Part shown: piece by piece, positions 13,224 to 26,783 of the stretch | Numbering within the stretch: position 1 is the stretch's first letter | Layout: every line of letters starts with the position of its first letter | Origin: Spizellomyces punctatus DAOM BR117 | Lineage: Eukaryota | Strand: one strand, 5' to 3' | DNA length: 64,000 nucleotides | NCBI GenBank assembly: GCA_000182565.2 | Contig: KQ257453.1 | Program-made: the position numbers and the translations under genes | Notes under the pieces: model-generated | Told to the model about the DNA's origin: nothing | Database searches by the model: none | Seen by the model: the letters and a program-made list of their open reading frames with translations, nothing else

Positions 13224-13863
13224 AAGGAACTCACAGTGTATATAACCGCCCATTGTGGACCTACGCGATTTCATTTGATTGTTAAAACGGAACAGCTGAC
13301 AGAAGATCAGTCATGCACAAAACACCAGTCTCTGCGAAGCCTTGCGAGAAAACACATCTGAATATGATATGGCTGCAGAATGATTTATCTGCTCGACACC
13401 TGTTGTATTGGATGATTGTTAAACGGCACCTTTACCTACTCGACATATAAATTCGAATCCTGAGGCACAGGGCGAAAAGGCACTTCTTTTTGTATGATAT
13501 ATTCCGTGGAACAAAGTGGTATGCATTATAGAAGGATATTCATTCTAAAAGTATAAATATGAAATATCGGAGTCGAATGTCAAAATCCAATCCAATCCGT
13601 GGCGTATGTCATGTGATGAGCGCTATGTGATCCACTTGCCCGATGCAACTTACCAAAAACACACAAACTCTGACAGCATCGTTGATCTGAGATTGAATTC
13701 CATAGATATCATCCCTGCACTGTCCATAGCCTTTTGAGCTATACGATTGCTTCCCGTATTATATCGCGCAGCAGCCTTTCAGACATCCCGGTTTCCCTGC
13801 ATCGTCCCAGAATATACACCCATTCATATCCGATAGTCCATTTAACCTGAATCGTTGTAACCC

Positions 13864-14981
13864 ATGGCTTCTATATTCTCGGCTTTTCTCAACTGGCTCC
13901 GGAGCTTGTTCTGGAAGCAGGGTAAGCATTGGCTGTGTGGACGTGTTCCTCGTTGAAGGCAGATGCTGTAGTTAGCTCCCGCTGGACGGCATGTCATCGA
14001 ATCCTGTTCATTAGCTGGAATGGGCCTGCTGCCAAATGGTGTACATGTTTTATGAGCGCTAGCTGAATGCATCTACGTTGCTCATTTCTCAGAAATGGAG
14101 TTGACACTCGTTGGACTCCAGAACTCGGGCAAAACAACACTTGTCAACGTAATAGCGGTACGTGCAGCCCGGTCTGTTATTTATAAATACGCGCATAGAG
14201 ACTGACGCCCGCTCAGAATGGACAGTTTAGTGAAGATATGATCCCAACCGTGGGTTTCAACATGAGGTGTGCATGCACGGTTTAGCTTGTCTATTGCAGA
14301 ACTCCTGGTTCTGACGTCACATCAATTCGCAGAAAGGTGACCAAAGGTGCAGTTGTTATGAAATTGTGGGACTTGGGGGGACAAGCAAGGTGAGCTCTCT
14401 TGTGCCCACCTCGATGCAACCAAGCATTTATCGACTCGGATGGTGTCTTCCTTTACAGGTTTCGAAGTATGTGGGAACGATATTGTCGCGGTAAGATGGC
14501 ATAGATGTGTGCGAAGGAAACTCTGGCTGTTTATTAACATTTGCGATATTCAGGTGTGAATGCGATTGTGTACGTCATCGATGAAAGCATACATTGGACT
14601 GCATTTTTTCTCAACTTGTTCATTGTCTAACTCTATTTGGGTACAGGTTTGTGTTGGACGCAGCAGACCACGATAAGATTCCCGCAGCCAAAGCCGAACT
14701 ACACCAGTTGCTTGAAAAACCCCAGCTTGTCAACATACCAGTATTAGTGCTAGGAAACAAGAATGATCTTCCAAATGCCCTAACAGTGGAACAAGTTATT
14801 GATCAGTTGTGAGTACTTTTGAGATGCTGTAGAACAGCAAGATCATGCCGAGTAACAGCTCTTTCTTAGGGAGCTTCGAACTATTAATAGCCGCGAAGTT
14901 GCATGTTACTCTATTTCCGCGAAAAATGCCACAAACATCGACATCACGCTGAACTGGCTGATTAAGCATGCCTCACGATAG
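13864..14981 (+). CDS. ARL8: ADP-ribosylation factor-like GTPase 8
   Basis: Exons give [67 protein letters not shown] and ACYSISAKN. Many short exons. Confidence 0.95.
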
Positions 14982-15169
14982 TTCCTCATATCTCAATTGT
15001 TAATCGCTAGTAGTGTTGCTGTATGCTCAATATCAATGTTATGTAGTACTGCCATCAGTTGATACATTAGGTCTTTCAAAGCAACGTGCGACAAAAACAT
15101 TAAAGGGAAAAACATGTCCCAAATCAATTCTATTTGAACTAATTCAAAGCGTGCGGTCCACACGAACAT

Positions 15170-16234
15170 TCAACTCTGATGTGGTTTGTCTGCTTTGCGA
15201 CTATCTATCATTCCATCTTGCTTCCCATTCTGATTCAGAGCTGAGCCTCCCTGCAGAACTGTTGTCTTCACCACTTTGCCCTTATCGGCGCCTGACCTTT
15301 TCATGTATGCCTCCATCCCAATACCCACAAATACCAATCCTACTGCTCCCCATTGACCAATGGTCAGATGATGATCAAACCAGAAGAAACTCAACAAAAT
15401 GGAGAACATCTTCCTCGTGACGGTCACTGTGACCAGGCTCACCGCACCGAACCGCTCCAATGTATGGAAAATGAAACATTGGCCAATCGCCCCGCAGAAA
15501 CCAAATAATAAGATGTCGTAGATAATACGCGGATGGGCAGCGCAAAAAGCGAGTGCATCACCCAATTCAGTCGTGAAGGGGTAGAGGAGGAGGTACAATG
15601 CCATCAAGGTTGAAGATATGAGATTCATAAATACCATCATGGACGAGCCCGAGACTTTAAACCTGTGGAAGATCTGGTCTTGCGTCGAGTTGGTAGCGCC
15701 GTCCATCAACAGATTTATTGCTAGTAGCGCCAATCCATATAAGCTGTTCGTCTTCCCACCCCGTTTTGCAGATCCCTCGTCTCCTTCTTGCTGATGTAAA
15801 AGCATGAAGCAGGAGACTCCCGTGGTGATCAGCGCGACGACCACGTATTTATGCCATGCAAACGTGCGGCGGTATATCAGAAAATTCATCAACAACACAG
15901 GAACCAGTTTACACGACTTTCCGAGGATCATAGTAGGATAGTCGATATGTTTAAGAGAGGCGTAGCCGAACAAAGGGGCGACAGTACTGAAGAGTGAGCA
16001 ACGCAAGTAGATGCGTTGAAGGGCCGGCGGAGGTAGGTCAAGCTTCTTTCGTCGTAGGCTCAGGTAGATATAACCGACCAAGGATGCACATAGTGATTGT
16101 GCAACGTTCAAAAAGACAAAGTAGCGAAACTTTTGGCCCCCATAGGACTGCGTCGTAACACTTTCTTGCGTTAACTGCCAAGTGAGGAAGCAGGCGTAGA
16201 TCCCTACAACGCAAACGGCGAGTTCTCCAATCAT
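15170..16234 (-). CDS. HUT1: UAA-family nucleotide-sugar/ATP transporter (Hut1/SLC35B1)
   Basis: Intronless 354-aa multi-TM ORF with SLKHIDYPTMILGKSCKLVPV, DGATNSTQD and TVTVTRKMFS. Confidence 0.9.
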   Translation of the reverse strand: MIGELAVCVVGIYACFLTWQLTQESVTTQSYGGQKFRYFVFLNVAQSLCASLVGYIYLSLRRKKLDLPPPALQRIYLRCSLFSTVAPLFGYASLKHIDYPTMILGKSCKLVPVLLMNFLIYRRTFAWHKYVVVALITTGVSCFMLLHQQEGDEGSAKRGGKTNSLYGLALLAINLLMDGATNSTQDQIFHRFKVSGSSMMVFMNLISSTLMALYLLLYPFTTELGDALAFCAAHPRIIYDILLFGFCGAIGQCFIFHTLERFGAVSLVTVTVTRKMFSILLSFFWFDHHLTIGQWGAVGLVFVGIGMEAYMKRSGADKGKVVKTTVLQGGSALNQNGKQDGMIDSRKADKPHQS

Positions 16235-16459
16235 TGCCTGTATTCTGCGTCGTTACTCTCCAATGAACAGGCAGCGAGAATCGAGGCTGTCAAGTACTGC
16301 GCCTACCCCAGCCCATGAAACGAGCATCGAAACCTCCACTTTGCTCGAGCAGAGGCCCTCATGAGATCTAGAGCGCTGTGCCACTGGCTTGGTCAGCAGC
16401 GTTGGGCATATTTCAGTTCTTGTTGCAATGCTTAAATCTCATTAAAGATCAGAACGAAC

Positions 16460-17304
16460 ATGGCCAACGCAACGAGCACTGCTACATCTCAGTCATCACG
16501 ACCTTCCCTGATCACCTACCCCTGGTCCAGCATAACTCGATTTGAGGATCTGTCAAAAGCCGTCTCACACTACCTCAACCACCGGGCAATTCTCACCTCG
16601 GGTCGTCCAAATTCTCTTGCAAAGGAATCAGATGATATAGTGGACAGTCTGATAGAGCTTAATCGATTGGGTTTTATAACTGTCTCCAGTCAACCGGGTG
16701 TGAAAGAGGAGAAGGTTTGGCAACGATTTTATGTGCGTAGTCGAACGATCCGTTGATCTACTCTACTGGCATCCTCAAGTCATTATCTCGTCAGGTCACA
16801 GGGCTCCTTCCAAAGTCGGCGTTTCCAGATGTTCTTGAATCTCTGCATTCTGGAGATTTCATTACCCTTCTCAGCACTTGTGATACCACTACAATCCACC
16901 TTCACTCAAGGATTCCTTCACCACCTTCCTCAGCGCCTTCATCCCGATCACCAGACAACACCGAAATTCCTGTAATCCCGCTAACCGTTCTACGTCATGG
17001 GCCGCCAGCATCCTACACATGGCGGGCTGTGACCGATATTCCTTTGCCATCTTCTTTTGAGTCGCTCATGGAAGGGGCTGAGCCAGGCTCGGCAACAGAA
17101 GTTGTGATGGAAGATGAAGGCTCATTGTTTGAGCACCATGTTGAAGTTAGCTTTGGAAGACTCGGGTTAAAGAAGGCGTTTCTTCGAAAGCTGCGGGAAG
17201 ATGCCGTTGTAGTTACTGCTATATGGCCTGATTGGGGACAAACAGAAGAACCGATGAAAAGGTTGATAGAAAGTTGTAGGCAAATAAACATGGGTCTTGT
17301 ATAG
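16460..17304 (+). CDS. Hypothetical protein with a DUF6919-like / MTHFR C-terminal-like motif
   Basis: Two exons (intron ~16733-16794) join ESDDIVDSLIELNRLGFITVSSQPG...WQRFY/VTGLL to a C-terminal VTAIWPDWGQ. Confidence 0.55.
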
Positions 17305-17562
17305 AGCTAGCGATGCATTCGGGCCTTTTAACCGTCATACTGCGGCTCAGGTAGATCTCGCATCCTGCATTAGAGTAGGATAGACGTTGTAGAGAAAACA
17401 GAGCGTAAACCGACGATGTACTCTCACAGTAAAATTACGGATGGAAATGAATTATCTCATGAGGATGAATTAATGATTAATAATCTGACCATATAAAATA
17501 ATGTCCTGAACAATGCAGTTCAGTGTAAAGTAATGCAGCGTACACAACTATTTAAAAATGGT

Positions 17563-20510
17563 TCATTCGTCTTCCTCGTCTAATTCGAGCACATCGTCCG
17601 CTTCGAGTTTACGATGCAGAAGCGGGTAAATCTGGAACGGTGCATTATCAGTAATGACCAGATGACAACGTCTCGCAGATCTTTTTACCTCTTTCTGGAA
17701 GTATGCAGGTACGGCCCCAGCTTTGTGCGCCTTTTGCACCATTCCGAAGTACGCTTCATACGCAGTGCCATCGGCACGTCCCAAGGGCGAGTTAAGCATG
17801 AAGTCAGAGTAGTTGAAGGAATCCGTTAACGAAATGGCATCATTTCTAACGTCTTTACAGAGGCTTGTGACAGTGGCACGGATCCAGTCAACCTAGAAGC
17901 AATCTCAGGTCATCAGCAACCTACACGAAACGTAATTGCAAATCTGTGCAGCATACCTGCAGAGGAGTGAAGTATCCGTACTGAAGGAACGGTCCAGAGT
18001 TCTCAGCAATTGCGTACAAACCGTACAAGCGACAGAGCTTATTAAGGATGGGTTGAAGTTCGGCAGGAGATCGCTGGATTGCGCCCTTGAAGCGATGGAA
18101 AAGATACCCGAGGCTGTGAATCTTTGTGGCAAACAAACGAGCCTGCGCTACAAGTGACCGCAACAGACGATGTCAGTTTCTATAATTGAACAGCGGTACT
18201 GCGTCAACGTTAACGTACAGCATTCTTCGTACGACTCGTCCTCCCTCAATCCTCGCTTTACACCGGCTTCAAAATCTTCGCCAGCTTTCTTAACAACTTG
18301 GGCCGCTACAAGCCAGAAAGCTTCTTCTACTACTTCCAGTGTGCTCACTTCCTCGGCAGACTTTGCGCTGCAACGCTTGTTGAGCAATTTGTCCAAGTTG
18401 TTGAGATAGGCAACACCACCAGCTTGAGATTTGCCCGCCTTCGCTTCTCGGTAACAGCTAATGAGATATCGTCCACCTTGTAAAGTCAAGATAGTGTTGT
18501 CACCCTAAAATGGTCAATAATGATTAGCAACCACGCTGACAAACATCTGTACCGCTCTTACGCACCTCCCATGTGCAATGCACAGCGAAATCACTGTATA
18601 ATGACGCAAGGCCAGTGTATGCCGAATAACCGTGTCCACCACATGCTTGTCGGCATTGATCAATGATATTAAGAGTTGACCAAGTGGAGAATGCTTTCAG
18701 TCCAGCACTAGTGCCGTGCATCTCTTTCAACTTTTCCAAAACATCATTCAGCTCCTTGTCCCCGGGTTGCAACGTCTCCATGCTGTCCATCAATTCCTCG
18801 TACATGCGGCTGACCTCAATACCGGTAAAATGCATGGCAAACTAGAGACATCGTTTAGAAGATGTCAGAAACAAACGAATCCGAAGGCGGGGAATACATA
18901 CCGCTTGTGCAAGTAACGGCATCAGGCGGTATTGATGGATGACATAGTCCAAAATCTTGGTTTCAGGCTCTCCAGCCTTTAGACCAAATTGTCTGCGAAT
19001 GGCAGCATATCGGATGGCGATCGTCAGGGCCTTCTTCGCAATCGCTCCGGAGTCTAGAGAAAGAGACAACATCAACCACATGTTGCATCTTTGAACAGCG
19101 AACCAACAGGCCCATACCAACAACCATGGCGACGCGCCCTCTGTGAAAATAGACGATGGTAAGTGGTTTGATAGAAGAGAAAGTACTGCATTTAACACAT
19201 ACTGAATCAATGCACCATATGTCAGTTGTTGGAGCGGAGGTTCCTTGACATCGCCATTGCGGTTGACTTTGGTGTGCTTCATCAACATATAAGACCTTGG
19301 AATGCGGACGTGGGTAAACTGGATGTATCCTGATCATATCGACAACAAAAAACGCTTCAGCAACAGCAAACACTCTATGATTAGCGGGAGGGGCACTCAC
19401 CATTATCGGTTCCATGACGGCCCTGCCATGATACGGACGTTAGCGAGGGGTTCAATATGCGTGTGACAAATATCCCCCTACCATCTTGGCACCAATATCC
19501 CCAATAACGATTCCGGGCTTGAGCTCGAACGTCTCTGGGTCTCTCAATGGAACTACAAAGTTTTTCACTCCGTAGCATTTGCCTTTGACATAAAGCTGTG
19601 CGAATACGACGCTGTGCGTGGCGGTTTGAGCAGCACCTCCAATCCACCATTTTGTGGCTACAAACGAGTTGTCAGTACAAAGTAGTATAAGAGCAAATTC
19701 ACCAGAACTCTCACCGGTCAGCGAGGGAGTGTGAATCACAAACTCGTCAGAAGTCTCATCATACGTCGCAGTGGTTTCCAAGCCCGAAACGTTTGATCCA
19801 TGACCCAGCTCCGTCATGGCAAAACAACCAACCATGCCGTTCAGGGTAACTGCGCCCTTTTGCGCCCAGTACGAGAACTGCTCTGGGGTAGCGCCTCCCC
19901 GCAAAGCACCAAAGAACAAACCTATGCAAGCGTATTAGGATGCGTAGTGGAAATCACAGCGGAGTTCACATCATACCATAGTGAACACCAATGCGCGTCC
20001 ATGTTCCTGGATCCAGCACACTGATCAGCTCCATTCGTTGCTTGAAGACATGCATGGGTTCGTTCGCCACATGGTATGCCGCGCGTCGGACCTGTGTCGT
20101 GCAAAATGTGGAGAGGTTACACACAGGATTTGTGTAGCTCATCTACAACGTGGCAAACCTTGGCCATAGATCGTTCACGGATTTCTTGCAAAGTCAGATC
20201 GTGCTGGTCGCTGACCTGCCACACTGGATCGCGCTCGAACTGGAGCATAATTCTCTCCTTGAGCTGTTGGCATCCGCGATATTTAGCTCCAATTCATAGA
20301 CATGAAAGCTTATAAAGATCCATGCGTCGCCACCTTTGTCTGCTTCTCCCCACCATCCAAATAATAGGTCATCTGGCGCACCGGGAAGGTCGCTCTTTGG
20401 CGCTCCGCCTGCAACTCGGCGGGTCTGCAGCAAACATGAGTGAGCACCTAGCTATACGAACTCTAGCGGCAGACCAGCCCTTACCCCGGAGGCTTTTGGA
20501 GCGAAGTCAT
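17563..20510 (-). CDS. POX1: Peroxisomal acyl-CoA oxidase
   Basis: [51 protein letters not shown] and [11 protein letters not shown]. Many introns. Confidence 0.95.
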
Positions 20511-20792
20511 TGCACAGTAATGTTACTTTGTGATGGAGATGAACTCGACGATGGCAGCAAGGAAGAAAAACGGCCAGCAGCGTTGATCGGAAAGACGATT
20601 ATCTTTTTGAATGATAATTTGATGACCCCACGTGGCCACATGACCAGCTAAATTGATCTGCACTCCAATGCATTTGATATTCATGTGATTGGCTTTTATG
20701 GTTTGACTCGGACATGGACGCGACGCGACACGACACGATCGAAAGAGTGTTTTCTTAGCGGGTGCCTGGACTGGGGGGATTGAGCTGGAAGG

Positions 20793-23700
20793 ATGGGTCG
20801 GGAATTATGGCCTGTATCTGCCGACGAGTTGGACCCCGAAAAATGTGTGCTTGTTACCTCGGAGCTCCAGCGGATCCACGCAGACATACAAGCGTTTCCG
20901 CCTGTCGACCTTAATGATCTTGTGGAGAAGGTATGTTGCCGCGGTCTCCTTTGTCGTCAGGCATTTGTGACCTGGTGCTTCTCCTTAGATCATATTAGTA
21001 GTGGAAGGATGTCATTCTCACTGTCCAATAACGTCAACCGACTACGATTTTTCTTTTCTCCAAAAGTACCTCGTGGTGAGAGACAGCCGTTCATGACTCG
21101 AAAATAAACCCGCCCTTACAGGCACCTCAGTGCGAATTAGAATGTTTCAAGGTGTTAAATAGTATTATGAAGCAGCTGGCAGTTCACAATTCAAGATTGG
21201 ATATCCCCTGGAAGTCTTTGGGACGCAATACGTTTACCACTCTTAACCGCACATTTGTTCACAAAAAGGTGCTAGACAGCTGGTTGTATTTTATGAAATC
21301 AGTTTCCCTGTCATAACCCTACTACCTCGCAGGCATTCATTAGTAATCATAAAGGTGACATTGAGCGCTTGATGAGCGAGCTGCCTGAACTTGACATGAT
21401 CTGGCAACAGGTGCGCCACGTTTGGGGCCTCCAGGGATTCTGTTACCTTCTTACACTTCTCTTAGGCCTACTCTATTCTACAATTGGCATTGGAGCTGTC
21501 TGCTATGGGTTCCCCTAACATTGCAGCGACGATGCTGGATATCGTCGCATTCGCCGCACGTGAGAACGAGCTACAGATGCTCAATCAAACGTGAGCACAA
21601 AGTTAGATGTTACCCAGTTTACAGCATGCTCACGTAGCATTAAGATGGAAGCAGGTTCTACGAATATCTCACAGCGCTGCTCACAGCAATATAGAGATAA
21701 TTTCCGAGATGGTGTCGACTTTGTCCACTGCCTATGTTGCACATTTGAAGAAGCTCATTGAACTGAGCAACCCCATAACGATGCTACTTGGCATAGGTGC
21801 GAACGAGATGTTAATTTGTTTTCCAAATTCAAGCACCCATACTTCATATTTGCAGCAAACTGGTATCTGTCCCAACTGCATGCGCTGCTACGGACATTGG
21901 TGAAAACCAACATGATAGAGGCACTCGCACCTGGCATTGCGAACATGATTTTCCTTTCCAGGTGAGCAAGATAATCTTATCTTCTTGTAAGTCCACCATT
22001 CTGAAGCCATTGAGTAGTATTCTCTTTTTCCAGGGTGATCGACAATCGCTTCCACAGTGCGACCAATTGTGGCAATTGACCGGCGGTTGCATTGCTACTC
22101 TTGTACAATCGTCAAATACCGACGAAGAAAAAAGGGCAATATCCATCGCGCATCTTCTGCTGGGTGGACACGAGGAAGACGTGAAGAACAATACTCCTTT
22201 CTCTTTCACCTCTTCAGATTTCAACGCTTCCAAAGTCTTGATATCGTCTCTGATTTTTCGGAGTTTCGATAGTGCCAGTGCAGATGGACAATGCAGATTT
22301 CTTTCTGATGGAGACGTCCGCCCCATCGATGTCTTTTTCTCCTGCTTAGCCCAAACAAATCCTGACGACTTGACACGATCTAGCGGAAAGAGAGACTGCA
22401 TGTATAATGTCGCGTTGGTTGGGCTGTGTGTGTTCATGCATACGCTGTATTCCGCCGCCTTTAGTGCACTCGAGAAGGCTATATTTTCAGAGTTGCTCTC
22501 AACTACACCCATCTTGAGTTTCATGTTCGTGTCGGACTTGGTCGGCTACATCTTTCTTAATGGTACGTTTCACGGAGAGCCGTAATCAATTTTTTGGCCG
22601 AGGTTATGCTAATACCGTGTCAGGTTCACAACACGTATGCGAGCGATGGGCAAATGAGCTCTTTCCTTCCCTTCTTTTCCATTTGGAGGAGAATCTCTCC
22701 ATGCGGATGCGTTTAAAACTTCTGACCCATCGGATATGTGCAAGCCGACAGCGCGATGAACCTGACCTACCCTTTACACTCAACCATATTCAATTGGACG
22801 ATTCTCTGGTTGCCCCTTGGTTGCGTTATTGTGCATGTAGCGCTGACGCTGCGGTCTCTGCGCATAGAGAAGGACTGTCATTTACGGACGCGTGGTGAGC
22901 AATTGTTGTTCGGCTGTATGGCTACACCCTCAGAGTTAAGCGAGTCTTTAGGGACTATCTTTGTCAACAGCTGGAGGACGATAGTGACCCCCAACGAGTT
23001 CTTCGGTGCTTTCAATCTCTCCGTTTGCCTGCCATGTGCTTGGTGCAACTCTGTGAATCTCTGAAGGGGAATGATGCTGCGCTCTTTCACCAATCGCTAG
23101 CAGATATAGTCAACATTCTTCCAATCTTGTTGGAGGGAAGTCAGACTGCGGTTCAATTGGCAGCGAGCGATTCGACAGTCGCTACCACTTGGCAGGTATG
23201 GCATCCGAACGCGTCGAACTTTGAATGCCGGAGACAGCAACAGAATTTCGTTTTCCATCCAGATTGTTAATACTATCATTAGTATTGTCGGCTTGGCGGC
23301 GAGCGTATGTACCGCGTGCGACCCGGCTGATATTCACAGCGTGCTCGATGCACTGAGGACCGAAAGCATATGGGAGTTGCTACCTGAGCCCATAGGTTAG
23401 TTCATTTCTGATAATGTTTAACTGAATCCTTCTTTTGAAATTGTCATTCGCAGTGTACAGACTCATTACGGCGCACGCACCTGTGTCCACGTCCTCCTCT
23501 TACAACATATTGCCCGAGTTTTTTGAAAAGGGGCTGCATCACTCTGATTGGACAGTTGTTCACCAGGCTCTCGATAGCCTCTTTCGATATTCTGCCTCGT
23601 CGCCTCAGGGTCCACCGGCATTACGTTCTGACAGTCGAAATGCGATTGTGGAGTTTATTCAGAAGAAACCACACCGGCTAGAAGGAGTACGAGAGGTATA

Positions 23701-24015
23701 TTCCATTCCGAAACTGATAATCTGACTAGTCTTAGCCGGCTAACATTTCGCCAGGCTCAGAATCAAGAAGAGATCATCGAGAGAAGAAAATCTTTTCCCT
23801 TGGCGCCTCTACGAAAGATAAAATCGCAGTGCTCACTGCCCATGTTCAGGTCCGCGGTCGAGGTCCCAATAGAGAAATCGGTGATTGACATAGATGAAAA
23901 ATTGGATGCTATTCACGAGTTGGTGCTTCGGGACGATTACAAGGAACTGCTCCTTCTGCGGCAACAGAAGCTGGTAGACATAGTAGATAGCATTCAAACA
24001 CTCCTCAATCACTGA
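20793..24015 (+). CDS. Large helical protein, probably FIRRM/FLIP (C1orf112, DUF4487)-like
   Basis: Multi-exon gene. The C-terminal FFEKGLHHSDWTVVHQALDSLFRYS resembles the recalled C1orf112 motif LLxDxxWLLxQHxLEAFxxF, and there is an LRFF motif near the N-terminus. Family call from recall only. Confidence 0.5.
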
Positions 24016-24076
24016 TTCTAGACCAAACGGACAATGTATGTGCAAGAATGTGAAAAGTTGACATATTGCTTGCCTC

Positions 24077-26783
24077 TCAATCCAAATGCTTGAACAGATC
24101 TGACAAATCTGCGTAAAATGCAAATCAATCAAAGTTGGCGGCTCGGTCAGAGACAGTGTCTACGTACCAGTATCGTCACCCAAAGAGTATAGATTGTCTG
24201 CAAATTGTAATCCGATCGTCAATTGGAATCAACTGTGGTTCTAAATCTGAAGCAGACATACCGAGGGCTTCATTAATCAAATCGTGCCTGGCACTCCTAT
24301 GATCCCGTGCTTTACTATATGCCAAAAGCGCGTGTTTGTTATCACCGAGTTCCTTGTATATCTTCCCCATCAAAAGATAAACGTTGCTTTCAATGTGTGT
24401 GAATGTTTCCAAGGGGTTTAACTGCCTCAGAGCATCCTGAAGTCATCACTTTATTGTTAAGATGCTGCAGTGTTACCAGTGTCAACAGGGCGCGACATTC
24501 TTCCTTACCTCGTAGCGCTTGGAAAGAGCTAGTGCATATGCTAGTCGGAACCGGTAAAGAGCATTTTTAGGTTCAAGCGCAACAGCTGTTTCGAAACATC
24601 CTAGTGACTTGTCCTGTCCCAATTTCTGCAAGATCTGAAACGACGCTTTGACGTCAGATTCGAAGGGAACAAGCACAATCAACATTATTTTCGCTTACCG
24701 TGCCAAGATGAAAGTGTATGATGGGATTTTTAGGATTGATTGACAATGCTTTTTCGTAATGAAATTGAGAGGCTTTATAATTTTGCTGCTGATAGTATAT
24801 TTCGCCAAGTCCGAACCTACGCAACATCAACCGCGTACAGCAACTAGGAATTCAGAAGGTTTGGCAGTGTTGCTTACCATGCATTAAAAGGACGTGGGTC
24901 AATGCGAATGGCCTTTTGAAAAAAAGTCACTGCTCGGTCATAGTCCTCTTTCATTTTGTACTCGAAACCGGTAAGCGTGTATGCATATTGGAAATATGGA
25001 TTTAATTGAATCGCACGTCCGAAGCACTTGATCGCCATTTCGTGTTCCTGTCTCAAGCTGCCCAGAATGGCGGTAAGTCGCGCGAGCTATCGTACCTTCA
25101 GGTTCAGTTCTCCCACCTGTACAAATTTCCAACAATACACCTGCATGATTCATCAGTATGGATGCCGGAAAGTTATACTAACTTCGAAACTTGGTCAAGG
25201 CAGTACATACCAGGTCTGTGGTGCTAGTCGATCGGTGCTTTCCATTTCTTTTGCCAAGTAAGCCAACTCAGCCTCTTCCTTCAAATGCCATAGGCAGCTC
25301 CCAAACAGATCTAGTCCCTCTGCTCGCCAGGGCTCCAGCTCCCTGTTCCGACGAAGAGGGTCTTAGTGTTGGCGTTGTAATTTTGAAGGGAAGTCATGTA
25401 TCTTCATTACCGTGCTTCTCGAAAAAAACGTGCAGCCTAACAGAAAATCTGTTAAAGCAGCAATTCGGGCCGGATAACATCATATACCGCGAACCTCAGG
25501 ATATTTTGCCATTTCGTAATATGATCGTGCTACCTAATTTGATGTTACTGACCAAGATCGCTATTTTCTGATCACGCAAGATGAACGTACTTGCGTGAGG
25601 GCCCACCCTGTCCGCAAATGAACTTCGCCGAGACCGGAGAGGATTTTCAACGTCTCTCTGCATTCGTATCTGCAGAGGGCGCTGTATGCCTGCCCGCACC
25701 CTCTCAAATCTTCGATGACCTCATCCCCTGTTACTAGATCCCCATCACCACCGTTTTCATTGGTCTAAAAGGCGAACCAAAGATCATCCATAAAATGTCG
25801 CAAACCTTCCGCCTCTCTTTGACCGTAACTACCTCTGTGGTTTCCCGTCCACTACTTTTGGATGCCCCATCACGTAATCGTTTCCTCCTTGTCGCAGACT
25901 GCACGTGGAAAACGGCTATATGAGACAGATGCTTTGAAAACTCTCAAATGCTTGGAATTACCTTGTGTGGCTGGGATGGCAAAGCCCGACCACTTAGTCT
26001 GATACATATGATTATGCAAGATGTAATAAGTAATAGATTCTACATGTGTCCACCATAGTTAATGAGTACCTGGCTTGAAAGGCATCCCCTGCTTCCGGTG
26101 AACTGCCTGGTGTACACAATATTAGAACTATTCTCAAATTCCACGCTTCTAAACATCGTTTTAGTTGGTACCAACCTAGTTCACACAAGTTCTGATGGGC
26201 ATTCCACAGGAATGGGCACAACTCGAGCGCCTTTTTGAAAGCCTTTATCGCTTCGCCCTTTTTGCCCGCTCGTCTGCCAATATGGGTCATCGATGTGCAG
26301 CTGGCGCCAGCAACGCAAACGCCAAACAGTCAGAACTCACCTGCATATTTTGCCCAGCAGACAATATACATGCTCCAACTCAAGCTCTCCGATGGTAGAC
26401 CCTTTGCGTGGTCACATATGAGTGATCTTGTCCGCGTCTAGCACCTGTGACTGTGGTAACCAATTCTCACCGCTACTATCGATTGTCTGTATTATGTATC
26501 TGAGGGCTTGTTCTCCTTCTTGTAGCTCGTCTAAATCTATGCAGCAACGTGCGAACAGGTATTTGGACAACAGATAGTTCTGTCCTTCAAGAATGCGGTA
26601 GGCAACATGGTGCCGGTTGCTGTGAAAGTATGCTTTCGCGTGAAGGTACGTCGCTCGTGGGTTTTGCGGATAGCAGGCAACGAAGCGCTCTGCCAGAAAT
26701 ATGGCATTTTCATAGTCGTGGTGCTCTATGGACGTCTGTACTAGTTTGTCGTACAGTAACGCTTGCTGATCTGTGGCCTCCAT
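24077..26783 (-). CDS. CDC27: Anaphase-promoting complex subunit 3 (Cdc27/Nuc2)
   Basis: YENAIFLAERF...YLFARCCIDL, ALELCPFLWNA, and TPRs (EHEMAIKCFGRAIQLNPYFQYAYTLTG, IRIDPRPFNAW, ESNVYLLMGKIYKELG). Confidence 0.9.

Noticed and set aside
13608-13616. Recurrent E-box-like TCATGTG/CACGTG motifs in promoter gaps (also ~20637, 20681, 31204, 38585)
   Set aside because: Short motifs at functionally unrelated genes; enrichment cannot be shown without a background count.
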